Positions 13,270-25,646 of a stretch of 64,000 nucleotides of DNA are shown here, piece by piece (the stretch's first letter is position 1; each line of letters starts with the position of its first letter). The position numbers were made by a program, and so were the translations under genes. This stretch comes from Haplodiscus bocki (taxonomy: Eukaryota): contig OZ296655.1 in assembly GCA_965655095.1 (NCBI GenBank), positions 61,690,001-61,754,000 of the forward strand, written 5' to 3'. The notes beneath the pieces are model-generated. The model had not been told where the DNA came from. It worked only from the letters and a program-made list of their open reading frames with translations, and did not search any database.

Positions 13270-14350
13270 GACCTTTCACAGTTTGCGCTCACTAATAAAA
13301 AAACATGTTTCTTGCAGATGGTAAAATTATTGCAAAAACCAGACAAAAGTACCCATACAAAACAACAAGAGACTTTAAAATTCAAAACAACTCAGCCAAA
13401 TGAGAGCTTCAATTTTGATAATTCTTTGCCTATCCTTGAAAATGGGTAAGAAGTGTCAGTGTTGCACAGGAATATAACATCGTCTACAATATAAAAAAGA
13501 GAAATAAAAACTTTCAACAAATTATACCACGCTACTAAGAACAGGGAACGTATACACTTCCGAAACTTTGTAACATCATTGGAACAAAATATTGGAGAAC
13601 ATATATTACAAAAAAAACAGATTTAGCTAATATATGTTCAAGAGAGATAAAAACAGAAATTGAAAATGGGATTGAAGAATACACTTATTATTCATCAGAT
13701 CTTGAATATGAAACTCCTACAAAAAAATTTTTATGAAAACTTCAAAAAGAAAAATTTCTGGTTACAGTAATTAAAGTTATGAACATCTTGATGTGTATTA
13801 TAGAAAGCAACTAACTTTAGATGAAACTAAAAATAATTTACGGTACGAATAGATTGAGTCAAAAACAGTGGATGATGAATTGCCTGCAGTTATATATGAA
13901 ATGACTGTCTTCAACTCAGTTGTTCCAACGAATCTCGAAATTAAAGCCGTTGAAACGTTTGTGAAATCAATTTTTACAAAAAAATCTAATGAAACTTTTA
14001 ATTCTGATTTGAATCAAATCAAATCATGGGTCTTCCAAAAAAAATGTATAGCTGTGACACATTTAAGTTGAAAGGTTGCAAACCTAACCAATGTTGATTT
14101 GGTTCATTATAACTTTGAATGCATAGATCACGCCATTTTCATTGATATACCTCAAAGCACTCTCTTTTCTTTTAGTGTTAGCGCAAGATCAGGTTGGGAG
14201 ACTTTTAGACGAAGAACTTCTCTTTCGTTTAAAAAAGTGGATGAAGATAAATGACCTTGATATTACATTGTTTTGTTTAAAAGGTAATGATGGTACTGAG
14301 CTTATTTGTAATGAAAAAACTATCAGTTTTCTTTTTCCATCCGAAGATAT
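13270..14350 (+). pseudogene. Minor capsid (penton-like) protein relic
   Basis: NLTNVDLVHYNFECIDH...STLFSF...DITLFCLKGNDGTELICNEKTISF; homologous to 43560-44575. Confidence 0.65.
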
Positions 14351-14394
14351 GGATTTTATAGTTCATACTAAAGAGATCATACTAAAAATCTCTT

Positions 14395-15541
14395 AGCTAA
14401 TACTAAAGCAAAACTTGTAAAATCCAACACACTAGCAACTCCTGTTTCCTAGAAAAAAAGTTCCTCACTAGTCGGTTGGACTCCAATATGGTCTTTTCGG
14501 CTGAGATATCAAATACATAAACCTTATAACTTTGCCTGAATAAAAATACTTCTTCAAATGGTTTTATTACTCTATCTGCAAAGTGTTTTTAGAAGAAAAC
14601 TCTCAATTCCGTAACATGTTTCAAGAAATTTTTTGCATGACTGATGAACATTCATATATTTTTCAGCATGTCCATCGCTTCCCAATCTACAATCAGCAGA
14701 TGATACTGGCAACCAATCAAAAAAAGGAATGTGTTTAGGAATCATATTTATTACTTTCCACAACTGCTACAATGACCATGGACGGTATATTTTCTCCCAT
14801 TTCGATACTTAATTCACAATTCCAAGTACCAGCAATATTTATTCTTTTTCTAAAACAGTGCATTCTTCATAAAAAAATACTGTTGGTACTTCTCATAACA
14901 CTTGATCTGCATCTGATTGTTGATTGTCAAGATTTGGCTTGAAATTTTCAACACAACATTAAAATTTTTTTAAAACAACCTTTTCTACTGCAATGCCGTT
15001 AATCCGTGTATGGCATTTTTGGTAGTATCTCGTTTTAGAGTAGGATTATAACCTAAACGGATTGTTTTTTCAAATCTTGGTCAGCAAATCCAAAAATAAT
15101 AATGCATCTTATTCAAATGTAAAAAGTTCCCTTTTGTCCTGCTTCTTCATTGCTTGTCAAATTTTTTCTTCTCTGGGTTTTGTTATCTCGAAAACCATGA
15201 AGTATATTAATTGTCTTGAGAGAAGATGATAAAAGTTTATGCAATATAGATTCTGTATGGATATTTTCAACTTTTTCAAGATGTTTATTAGAACTTGCAG
15301 AAAATTTTGCTTTGCTAAAATTCCTATTAACATATTGGATTTTTTTATTACGTGTTGCTTCCAATTCCAATAAATTGTAACTGTTTTGTAATTGTAGGAA
15401 AACATAACACCTTCCTTTGGTTTATGTTTATCAATGTTACTGCTACTGTTGTTTACTGTAGCTAGAGAGGTAATAGAATATTTTAAAAAACTGCTTTGTT
15501 AATTTCTCGAGATAAAATTTTATTGTTTTTAATTTGAACAT
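14395..15541 (-). pseudogene. Major capsid protein relic (double jelly-roll type)
   Basis: Starts MFKLKN; contains FSKAKFSASSNKHLEKVENIH...LHKLL and DCRLGSD. Collinear with 46880-48108. Confidence 0.7.
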
Positions 15542-15559
15542 TGTGTTTGTAAATAAAAA

Positions 15560-16080
15560 AAACTCTATCACTGAAGAATTCATCTAAAGGAAGAGCGCGT
15601 CTCAGTACCACGATTGTTTTTTCATTGGTCGCTAAGCTAAAACACAGGTTGTACATATCGATATGTTTTTTTTATTCAGTTTGATTTATTCTCGTATCTT
15701 CTAAAAGCTTTTGATACGTTTTTCAGAAATCATGACTTGTGTTGTTTGCATGAGTATAGTTTCTTGTTAATATTTTTCCTTTTTCTTTACGAATTGATTT
15801 GCTAATTTGGTAGAAAATGCAAATCCGTATCCAACACCAGCAGTAATTGGTTTTAAGAATAATCCAAATCCGGTTACATTAGGTGACATCGAAGTGCTTG
15901 TTGATCCAATAATGATGAAGGAGTCGATTGACTCCAAAATTTTGTTTAGGTTTTCAGTTTGATTTTAATTCTTTATTGTTTTTTTACCCTCCTTCGTAAA
16001 ACCCTGAAATTATATTTACGTTGTTTGAAGAATCATTGAAACTATTCACTTCTTTTAGTTTTTCATTTATCATTTCTCCT
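15560..16080 (-). pseudogene. Small predicted membrane protein upstream of MCP
   Basis: ILESIDSFIIIGSTSTSMSPNVTGFGLFLKPITAGVGYGF hydrophobic stretch; homologue at 48115-48460. Confidence 0.55.
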
Positions 16081-17199
16081 TTTAATGTCTGTGTACAGTT
16101 TTTAGTTCAATTAGTTTTGTAAAAGAAATCATCTCTTGTTATTTTCATTCTGTGTTTTATATCAATCAACTCTATACTTTTTTAAAACTTTTTTGAATAA
16201 TATTTTTTATTAGTATTTCATAAACCAAAACTGACAAAAGGTAAACGTCATCTATGAATAATTTTTTTCCATATTTTTCTACAAATTAATCATCCTTAAG
16301 TTTCAAACAAATTTTCAAAACGAGTGTTTTTTGGGAAATTAGCAAATAATCCTTTATCAAATACTAATTGTATTATTTTTCTTGCGATATCTTCTTCCTT
16401 CTCCAAAGTATTCAAAATTTTCGAATGTTCATTAAAAAATGCTGATTTTCGGCTCCATAGAAGTTGTTTTAACAGTTAATTTTTCCTATATCTTGTGCTA
16501 TGGATTCTGATTTTGAATGGGATAGTTTCTCATGAGACGCTCGTTTTCCTTCATTCCTTCTTTTATCTTTGTTTGCAGCATTTCTTCTTCAAAACCATGT
16601 TTGTGACTGAAAACATAAATCAATATTCACAAGTTAAAATTGGGGTTGATTAAAAAAACAATGAAAAAGAATAAGAGCATTATTTAGAGGCCGTTTCTGT
16701 AAATGGCTCATTAACATAATAAAACGTTTCTTTCAAAGTATCGTTCTATTGTTCTTTAATGTGTTTATTTTCACTCGGTGAACATGTGCCTCTCGCATCA
16801 TGAATGTTTAGCGTGTTTAGCAAAATATTCAAACTATCTTCTTTTGTTTTAGATGATATTTTGTTCAATCCCAGTTTATTCATCTCCTCAATAACTTTAC
16901 AATCTGGTAACCCGACTTTGAATTCTAAAAAATCTAATTCAATATTTTTATGCTCTATTTCTATATCCATACCTTCAATAACATCTCCCAATATGTATAT
17001 AATGCTTGTTCAGAGACTTTGTTTTAGAATAAAGCTTTCTGACTTATTTTCGATTGTGTCCTATACGATGCTTTATTGTATGTTTCACAGGCTTGTGATA
17101 TTTTCGCTTTTTATTTTTGAATCTCTCGTTATAATTTGTACAAAAACGGCCATTTAGCAGACATTAAAACTCTGCAGATCTAAAAAATGAGCGCTAACT

Positions 17200-17590
17200 A
17201 AATGAAAAAAGTTGTTCAAAGAGATGACTTCTGTGAGTGCTGGGATTATCCTTCGGATAATCAACTTTCAGTTCACTTTTCTTGTATTAATCTGATTAGA
17301 TGATTCAATCACTGAGGAGGGTTTTTTTGAGATTTTGAGGTCTTGTGATTCCATTTTGGTTCTCAGAGTATCTATATGGACTGATCATCTATTTATCGTT
17401 TCTATATAGTTTTAATATAAAATCAAAATAACCTAATTATTTTGCTACTTGTCTTGGTGTTACTTTTGGATTGATTGGTTTAATGTCAACCAACCGAGAA
17501 CTTAAATCTAGCTATTGTTGACTCAGTGTCAAATTACCATCAAAATTTCAATGTTTTGCATGTTTGTTCTTAAGAAAAGGTATTATTCAT
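17200..17590 (-). pseudogene. Small HTH-like protein relic
   Basis: DGNLTLSQQ*LDLSSRLVDIKPINPKVTPRQVAK*LGY...LYRND; homologous to the ORF at 49572-49910. Confidence 0.5.
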
Positions 17591-17794
17591 TCAGGTATTT
17601 AAACAAAATATGAAATTAAAAAAAGATAAAACAAAAACAAATCATGTTTTTTTTTAAATTATGTGTTTTTTCTTTGTGATGTTGCCATGAGATTCAGAAT
17701 GATCGGCAAAAGCAACATACTCTCCAAAAAATCCTTTTTTAAAATAGAAAAATGAACTTTTATTTAATTCAAAATGTTTTTGAATTAAAAGTTA

Positions 17795-19167
17795 TGGTTG
17801 CAAAGTTTGAGCCACCGGCAATGGATGTTGTAGTTTATAACTTTCGAATAGATAACATATGTTACAAACTGTTAATGTTAAACCTAAATATATCATGTTG
17901 GGTGATAGTTATGTTAACAAAATGACGGAACTTTCTGGAGCCCTAAATCATGAGAGTTGGAAAACAAAAACTATTTAATCAGATTTGAGAAACGAAAAAT
18001 ATATGTTCATCGGTCGTGAAAGTTAAACTTATAAAAATTGATGATCAAATCGAAAAAATCACTCCAAATATGGGTAAGGATAAAAAAACTTATCCGGTTG
18101 CGTATGGCAGGAAAAAAATTTTTGTCTGGATTTTGGTGTTTACGCCCCTTATGACTAAATAGAAGGTGTGATTGATTTGAAAGACACCTCATTTCAACCA
18201 TATACACAATACTTGGAAGAATTCCTTAAACATATGGAAAAAGAAATTGACGTTGAAATTGATTTCAAGAAGCCGGTTGAAAAATTTAAAGTTGAAGAAA
18301 AATACACAACGACTCTGTTGTGGAATATAAATTGTATTTATATTTGAATGAAAAATGTTGTAAGACAAATTCAATGCTCTCATTTGATTATAATTATCAT
18401 CCAACCTAGCATTGAAGTGTACAGACCAGATGGCGCTTGTCAAAAGAAAGACACTTTCCATAGTTTGGAACTAAAAGAAAAAAGATATTTATTGGAAAAC
18501 GTTGCTTTTGTGATATGACGGCGGAATTGGGTGCTCGTAAAAATCCAAATCTTGATGGTAATACTCTCTTACTTGAAATCGAAGAAAATGAGTTGGTGTA
18601 CTTTTCCAGACATGAAATTCTTCGGTTCACCATAGAAGATTGAATTACAAAATCAAAATATAGTTTGGGTAACAAAAGGTAACCATACCCTATAGCTATC
18701 GGAAAAAAAGTATATATTTTGTTTTTGAGCGAAGTTAGGTTATCAAAAATGATAATACCGATTGACGCGAGTGTCCACAATGTGACCTTAATAAAAACGG
18801 TATGTTACTAAGTTCCTTAGAAAACTCTCTGGATCTTTTTGAGTATCATATATCAAAAAGGGGTGAAATTGCGGTCACCAAAGAAATTAAAAGAAATTCA
18901 ATTTTTCAAAAAAGATGAAAAAGACAATTGACTGAGTCAAAACTTTTTAGAGGAAAAGGCTCTTGATGACGCAGTTGTAAATGAATTTGAATGAAATTTT
19001 TGTAATGGAATTAATGCAGTAATAAACATTTTTAATCAGAAAGGTGTTATAGGTTTGGAAAATCCTAGTGTTTATACATTTTGCCAAGATGACCACGAAG
19101 GTACATGTGAGAACTATTATGAAAGTTTGGATGTGACTTCTTGAAGTGTGCTGGTTTTAGAACCTAA
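17795..19167 (+). pseudogene. Accessory ORF: giant-virus-like uncharacterised domain followed by a decayed C-terminal RING finger
   Basis: KIFIGKRCFCDMTAELGARKNPNLDGNTLLLEIE...SLGNKR*PYPIAIG (18482-18720); QKGVIGLENPSVYTFCQDDHEGTCENYY...KCAGFRT* (19035-19167). Confidence 0.5.
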
Positions 19168-19269
19168 TGAAAAAACTAACAACCACAATTCACTGAAAAA
19201 TCCTGCTTTTTTCATTTTTATTAAACATCGAATCAGTATCCGTCCTCTGGCGCATCAAATTTGTGTGTT

Positions 19270-19790
19270 TGCAAAGAGTTTCAACCGACAAATTAGAATA
19301 TTTTAGTGTTAAATGGCCTTTGTCGAAACCTTTTTAACCGTAAAAATCATGTCAGTTTTTTTGGAAAAACGTTCATTGACTTACCGTGTTTGATTTAGTA
19401 TTAAAGATTCAATGGTAATAGTTGTAGCTAACGATTCAGATGACTTAAACCTTAAATAACCCTTTTCAAAGCTTTTTAATGATTTTTAACTGACCAGTAT
19501 TATCAAAAACTGTTGATTGACTGACCATGTTTGAGGTTAGTTTTAGGATTTTTGATGATAAGAGTTTCAGTCGACGTTTCAGGAACTTTTACTATCCGAC
19601 TGGTTTTTTCAAGACCTTTCGAATGATATATAACAACCCACTACTGTTAAAAATGTTTCATTGACATACGATGCTCCAAGGTTGGTTTTACGGTTTTTCT
19701 GGTTACTGATGGTAATAGTTTCAGCCAACAATTCAGAGAAATTAACCGTTGAATAGCCTTTTCAAGACCTTTCTCATGGTATATTTAACT
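19270..19790. repeat. Degenerate ~135-150-bp tandem repeat (about 4 units)
   Basis: Recurrent atggtaatagtt(t/g), ttttcaagacctttc and cattgac words. Confidence 0.6.
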
Positions 19791-20499
19791 CTTCTAGAGC
19801 CTAAAATTTCATTGGTTTTCAAATTCTACTCGGTCAAGGGAAAATCTGAGAAGCAAAATTATTTCCATTTGAGTCGTTTTGTATTAACTTTTCACCCTTT
19901 GATAATTTTCAAATTTACTTTCCCTAAAAACTATGATAAATTTGAAGCTCAAACTCTTAGGGTAGAATATTCAGACTAAGAAGGGGTGATTAGAACCAAG
20001 ACCGCCAACCTCCGACTATACCACGATAAGATGGTTCTTCCTATTCTTTAGCGTGTGGAGACATGATATATATTTCGTTTTCAATGTTCAAAACTAATTG
20101 GCAGTCATCATTTTTTCAGCATCATTGATGGATTTCTCTGAAACGCAAGTCCAATAAGATGATAAAATGTGTGCAGGCGAATTTTCAATTCCCTTGTTTC
20201 TAACTCGTTGTCTTTTTTCAATCTTACAAATTTCACATTCCAATAAGCGTTAAAGAACATTTGACGAAAACTTTTTTTAGGAAGTTGGCGCTCATTGGAA
20301 TATACTTTGTGTAGTGGCTGTTCAGTGGAACGATTCCTCTCCACTCGCTTACAATGTACAAGCGCACGGGTTTTTTTTCATTACAATTCTACCACCAGCC
20401 GGTGAAGCGATGACATTTTATTTGGTGGAGAGGAAACAATGGTGAATTTTCAATAGTAAGAGGAAAGGGAAAAACGAGTTCTAGTTGATATATCTTTCC

Positions 20500-20950
20500 C
20501 ATATACGAATTATTCCATTGACACCATTCAAATCAATACTTAGAAAAAAATTTTTCCAGAAACAAAAAGATTTTTCTGAAATATAATTTTTCTTTCATCA
20601 TTCCTGTGTACACCCATTGATATAGTATAATGAAATATCAGTTCATGTGTACCCCCATTAAAAGAGTATAAATTAACGTCATTTTACTTGATTTTTATAA
20701 GTTCCTGTGTACCCCCATTGATTTAGTATGAAACACCTTTTTCTCAGAATTTTAGATAATTTTATTAATTTGTTTTTGTTTACGACATTTACCTAATTTT
20801 TACTGTTCCTCACTAACTTTGCGTGTTTTGCGCTGTTTCATCACGAATTTTACTTAATTTTCACTGCTTTATTACTAATTTTATTTTTGCGTAGGGCGCA
20901 ATTTTGGGTTGGTAAAAGTTTTGATGTGCTTATGTCACAAAGATACTACT
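20500..20950 (-). repeat. Right TIR of Polinton-1
   Basis: Reverse complement of the left TIR; TGTGTACCCCCATTGA-like copies at ~20605, 20646 and 20706. Confidence 0.85.
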
Positions 20951-21045
20951 CTCGTGTTTTCCTCGTCGGCGCGCATTTTCGGATATGTGTTACGTTCCTT
21001 GGTGTTTTGACTTCTGCGACCTCCTGTGTTGTAGTTATATTCCAT
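20951..21045 (-). pseudogene. 5' part of the gag-like ORF interrupted by Polinton-1
   Basis: ATG at 21045: MEYNYNTGGRRSQNTKERNTYPKMRADEENT, continuing in frame at 6984. A PBS-like TAGCAGCGC lies upstream at ~21158-21166. Confidence 0.6.
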
Positions 21046-21534
21046 ATAAGTGATGAAGACATGAGTATATATGACCCGAAACAACGAAATATATGCTAAA
21101 TTAGTGGTGGTTAGCCTGACCTAACGATTAAGGACGTAGGTTGATACTACCGGGTTAGCGCTGCTAATGGTGGTGTGCATGTTTGCGTTTCGTGTCAAAA
21201 GGATTTGCGTAGTCGCATAATTATTGGTAAAGGTCTACTTATACTTTCTGTGAGCTCTTATGAGCTTGCTCTGCGTATCATCAACTAACTATTTCAAATG
21301 CGAAAAAGAAATCCACCACTAGAGTGTCCACTGCATGTAAATCATGCAAATTTGTGCACAAATTTTAGAGTATACTAAACATGGTGGATACTAATTTCAC
21401 TTCACGAGATTTCAGCACAATTCGACGAAAATAGTCCAAATGCATGGGTGTCAGAAAACATGAAATTTAGCACTTTTTCATTTTTTCATGGCATTTTGTC
21501 TGCGTGCCAGATCTGTTGAAGCACCTTGAATTAC

Positions 21535-21990
21535 TCACACATCGGAAAGTGTCTGTTTACGGACTTATCAACAAGGACTAAACGACAACTGGAGCTGAGG
21601 AAAATGTGTTAGGTATGGTTGACTACTGTGTCAGAGCTAATGCAATTGAGAAAACACCCAATATCCATTAAACATAGTCAAATTGGGTCTGAGTTTAGGG
21701 TTTTGTCATATACCAGAAAATGTGTCTCTTTCGACTCTACTGGATGTAAGTTGCTGATTAGACATCGGAAAATGTCTGTTCAGCATTGTAAATTGTGATT
21801 ACTCAAACAGAGACCGGAAAATGTCTGTCAGGGCTGCTAGTTCACAGTCGATGGATCAGATATCGGAAAACGACTTTTAATATTGCTTATATACAGTTAA
21901 AAGTCAAACATTTGGAAAAGTCTATTCAGAACTGGTAATTCATATTCATGGCTCAGACATCAGGAGATGTCTGTCCAGGGTAGAAATTCC
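21535..21990 (+). repeat. Degenerate ~49-bp minisatellite with palindromic core AGACATCGGAAAATGTCT
   Basis: Cores at ~21537, 21710, 21760, 21811, 21858, 21907 and 21955. Confidence 0.7.
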
Positions 21991-24103
21991 GGTTGCCGAC
22001 AAGAAGCGATATCTCAAATCGCAGTTTTACTAGTTTGAGTTCCTTACACATCGTTTCTTGTCGGCCACCAAGTCATGGTGCGCTTCTCAATGTCCCTCAT
22101 CCCTAACGGACAGAGACAGATGTTTACCATCTAAATTTTCCAATCCATTTTGACTGTGCTCTACGTACATCTTCATTTGTTTATTCTGTATTTTTGAGAG
22201 TTGTGGCGTTTTCTTATCGCAAAGTGGACTGTGGTATCAAAAACATCAGGCGGGATGTTTTCCGATGTAACGTAAGTACAGCGCATTAGTTTGTTTTACA
22301 GTTCTGTTAGCATAGTTGTTGCATTACAGAGGGTGCTTGTTATGATTTGCGTTCCTGGCCGAAACTTACCGGTATCTATAATCTACGTTTATCAAGTATC
22401 ACTTTTCTGTGTATTTCTGCTCTGTTTGTTTAGTATCAGTGAAGCTGCCATTTTATAATAATAACAGAAATATTTGTTTGTACATACAAAATAAAGTGTT
22501 GTATACTATATAATCGTCTTCTCACAGGAGGGAAAGGAAGTAATGTGATATATTTGCTTTCATACTTCTCTGCAAATTGTGGTACAGAACTTGCATTGAA
22601 GTCTTACAATAATTGCTTCATAGATGTAAAACATAAATGTAATTTCAGGAATATGTAGATAGCTCATATTTCCCTCATGCGGGCATGACATAGAGCGAGC
22701 AAAATAGAGCAGAATTGGAGCAACATGCAAAATAAAGTTTAAAATTTTCTTGGAATGTGGCTGATTCTTATAAAACTTTTTTTTGGCTAAATTTTCAATC
22801 AAAACCGATAGATTTTAATTCTTTGATTTTTTTTTCATGAAATTGCAAATTGCTACCCATTTTAAAACTTATATAGACTTCAAAGAAGAAGGACTGGTTC
22901 TGCAAATAACTGCAGTTTTTGGACAAAAATTTTCAGTGAGTTTCAATTTTTTACATACAAATCAACAAATTTCCGAGTAATATGCAATGATTTATGCAAA
23001 CTTCTGTAGAATATGCAGTGAATATTCAGTTTTTCTTTTTTGGTAAAATATGCAAACTATGCATGCATTGAATATAAATGCCACCGCTGTTTCTAAATGA
23101 CCGTATTCGTTGACTTATTATGTGGTTCGTACAGCTGGCATCCAAATGAAAACACTTGGATTTTTGGTGGTCATTCAACCACAGTTTTTCCATATTAATC
23201 AAATGACCCTCTAAGTGGCATTCATTTTCTATAATTTCACATGTCAACTGTCTTGATCACTCAAATGCCACGTGAAATCAAAGAAAAGAGGGACGACGAC
23301 AAGTTGACTTTGACAAGAAAGCGATATTAGTGTCACTTTCTGCGGAGATGTTTTTTGATGCGCTGTTTGAGTAGGAATCTCTGGACTCATTCTACTCTCT
23401 TTAGATGTCCCAGATTTCCGAGAAGTTCCCGATCAGGTTTTTAGACAAAAAAATGTGCTGATTCTATCACTCCCAATAAGATCCGATATGGAGCGAAGCT
23501 TTCTAAGATTAAAGATTGGAGAGACCGTGCAAGATATATAAGTACCATATGGAGCTAAAAAGCTGTTCACTATATTTTGGCTCTAAACGGTGTAGAAGGA
23601 GGACATCTTTAAACTAGAAAAATTAAAGAGTCATGCGCAAATCGGCATTTGCTTATTGTCTTGAAATTCAGCATAAGTTGGCGGAAAATAAATATCGAGA
23701 TGGAACAATTGGAACTGCCTCAGAGCGAATTAAAATTAGAAATTCCAAAAATTTGCCCATCAAAAATCTGTTTTCTAGAGATAACATTAGTGACCGTATG
23801 TTTCTGTGTTTTCTGCCGCAGTGCTTTCAAACGCTCAACAGACTTTTAATTCTGGCGTTCAAACTTTGAGCATTTGGCTGGCAACACTACGTATTGACTT
23901 CCGTTTGAATTCAATCCATCGAAATTGAAACATTAAAATCAAAAAACATTATTCAAAAGAGTAAAGCATTTTTGAAAAAGGCCTTTTCTTCTTGTTTATT
24001 TTGATACATTATGTTGCATTTGTAGCTGAGGCCCATTGAGTTGAGGTCTCACAACTGAATTACAACTGTCACATAGAAAAAAGCGGTATTAAGATGTCGG
24101 AAC

Positions 24104-25646
24104 TGTCGCAGTATATCCGCGAAGCCTACGAGCATACAGAAAGAAAAGGACATCCCAGATTGCCTGAAAATTAGAAGAAACTGTATCAATACTTTAGACT
24201 TTTCTATTTCCATTCATATATTAATATTGCAGTAATATATCATTGCTTTTACATGTAGTTGATACGTATCAAATACGTATTACTCCCAAGTATACTTTCA
24301 TACAAATTCTACATTTTTTATACGTAGCAATCCCGTGTACTGAACCAGATTGGGACGCAACTTTTACGTAACGAACACGTACCTACCTAGCAGCTACTCT
24401 AAGCTAGGAATGAAAAATTTGTTACGTGCGCGTTACGTCGCTAACGATTTGGTGACGTCATAAAACTTTCAACCAATCCGCTGTGCTTTACGCTGTTTCA
24501 CTTTGGACGGACAGGGGACGTCTACGTAGCCACCACAATCATTCTCCTCAGTAGTACTGCGGAAGGCAGCGCTACAAGCGGCTACGTAGTCGCCACGGAA
24601 CGCTCCGGCCAAAGTGAGGCGTGAGCTAGTAAAAACGTGGAACGGTCTAAGAAAAAGCCTAGTTTCGTTCCAAAAGTGAAAATAATCGATGTAATAGTAT
24701 TACCAAGCATGTAATTATGATTTTCTATGATTATTTTAGTGTATTTTATTTACTTTTGGTGCATTTTTCAATACATTCCTCTTATGGAAAAACTTTTGGA
24801 TCATTTGTTTATGTTAATATTCATTGTGTCGGCGCGGGAATAATCACTTTGATATCCATTTCCGACTGATCAGACCCGTAAACTTTCCGTCGAAAGATGG
24901 AAAAGACGCGGTCTGTAAAGGAAGGAATGGAGGGAAAGTTGTTTATTTCCCGCCAGAGTCGGCATATTTCCTTTGTAATTATTATCCTTAAAGCACTTTT
25001 CCCTACTTTGTACCTTTACTTGGCGTGTGAACAATTATGTTTCCCGCCATGGAAAATGTATAAATAGGAGAAACGAAAGTACTAGAGGGAGAGATTCCTA
25101 ATATCACTTTGATTATCAGTTGACTGTACTGATTGCGACTAGTTGGTTATTCTAAAGATTAACATTTTTTATTATAACCTCAAGTTCATTAACAAATACA
25201 AACTAATTCAGTCGTCATAACTGCATAGCATTTTCCCTTCAAAAAATGGCAACGTTGAGAAACAAACGAAAGTTGGCAGCCGTTACAAGAGAAACACAAG
25301 AGGAACATCCTAGGAACGGCCAGACACGAAACCCGTCCGTTCCTAGAATTAACGAGGAATATATCACACAACTTTCTGAGGAGATAGAAGGCAGTGTCAG
25401 TAAAAACTGTCCCAAGAGTTCAGCAGGACAGAGTCCCGCATTTTGTTGCTTTGTCTAAATTAGACGAGTTTCTTCTGAACCAACAGATACGGACGCACTC
25501 CGAAACCGTTCCGGAAACATTCCGAAACACAAACGTGGATAACCAGGGAACGAAAGAGGACGACTCCATGAGTGACCCTCATCCTGAAGCAGGCCTCTTC
25601 CGCAGCCAGACTACACAAAACTCTGGCCAAAAAGTTGGTCCTTACA
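24104..25646 (+). repeat. 5' LTR of Gypsy-A (1543 bp), including the first ~400 bp of gag
   Basis: About 25 differences from the 3' LTR by eye (~98% identical). Confidence 0.95.
24453..25066 (+). promoter_or_regulatory. Putative LTR promoter: CRE, CCAAT, E2F-like sites and TATA box
   Basis: TGACGTCA 24453-60; CCAAT 24473-77; TTTCCCGCC 24946-54 and 25040-48; TATAAATA 25059-66. The CRE is also present in the Gypsy-B LTR (52451-58). Confidence 0.45.

Larger units (their letters stand above)
6991..20950. mobile_element. Polinton/Maverick (Polinton-1): complete ends, genes decayed
   Basis: Starts AGTAGT (6991) and ends ACTACT (20950). 6-bp TSD CTCGTG at 6985-6990 and 20951-20956. Terminal 70 bp of the TIRs match at 56/70. 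Contains relics of pPolB, integrase, protease, and minor and major capsid genes. Confidence 0.95.

Noticed and set aside
21535-21990. CRISPR-like array (palindromic repeats with spacers)
   Set aside because: Spacers resemble each other, repeats are degenerate, no cas genes are present and the context is eukaryotic.
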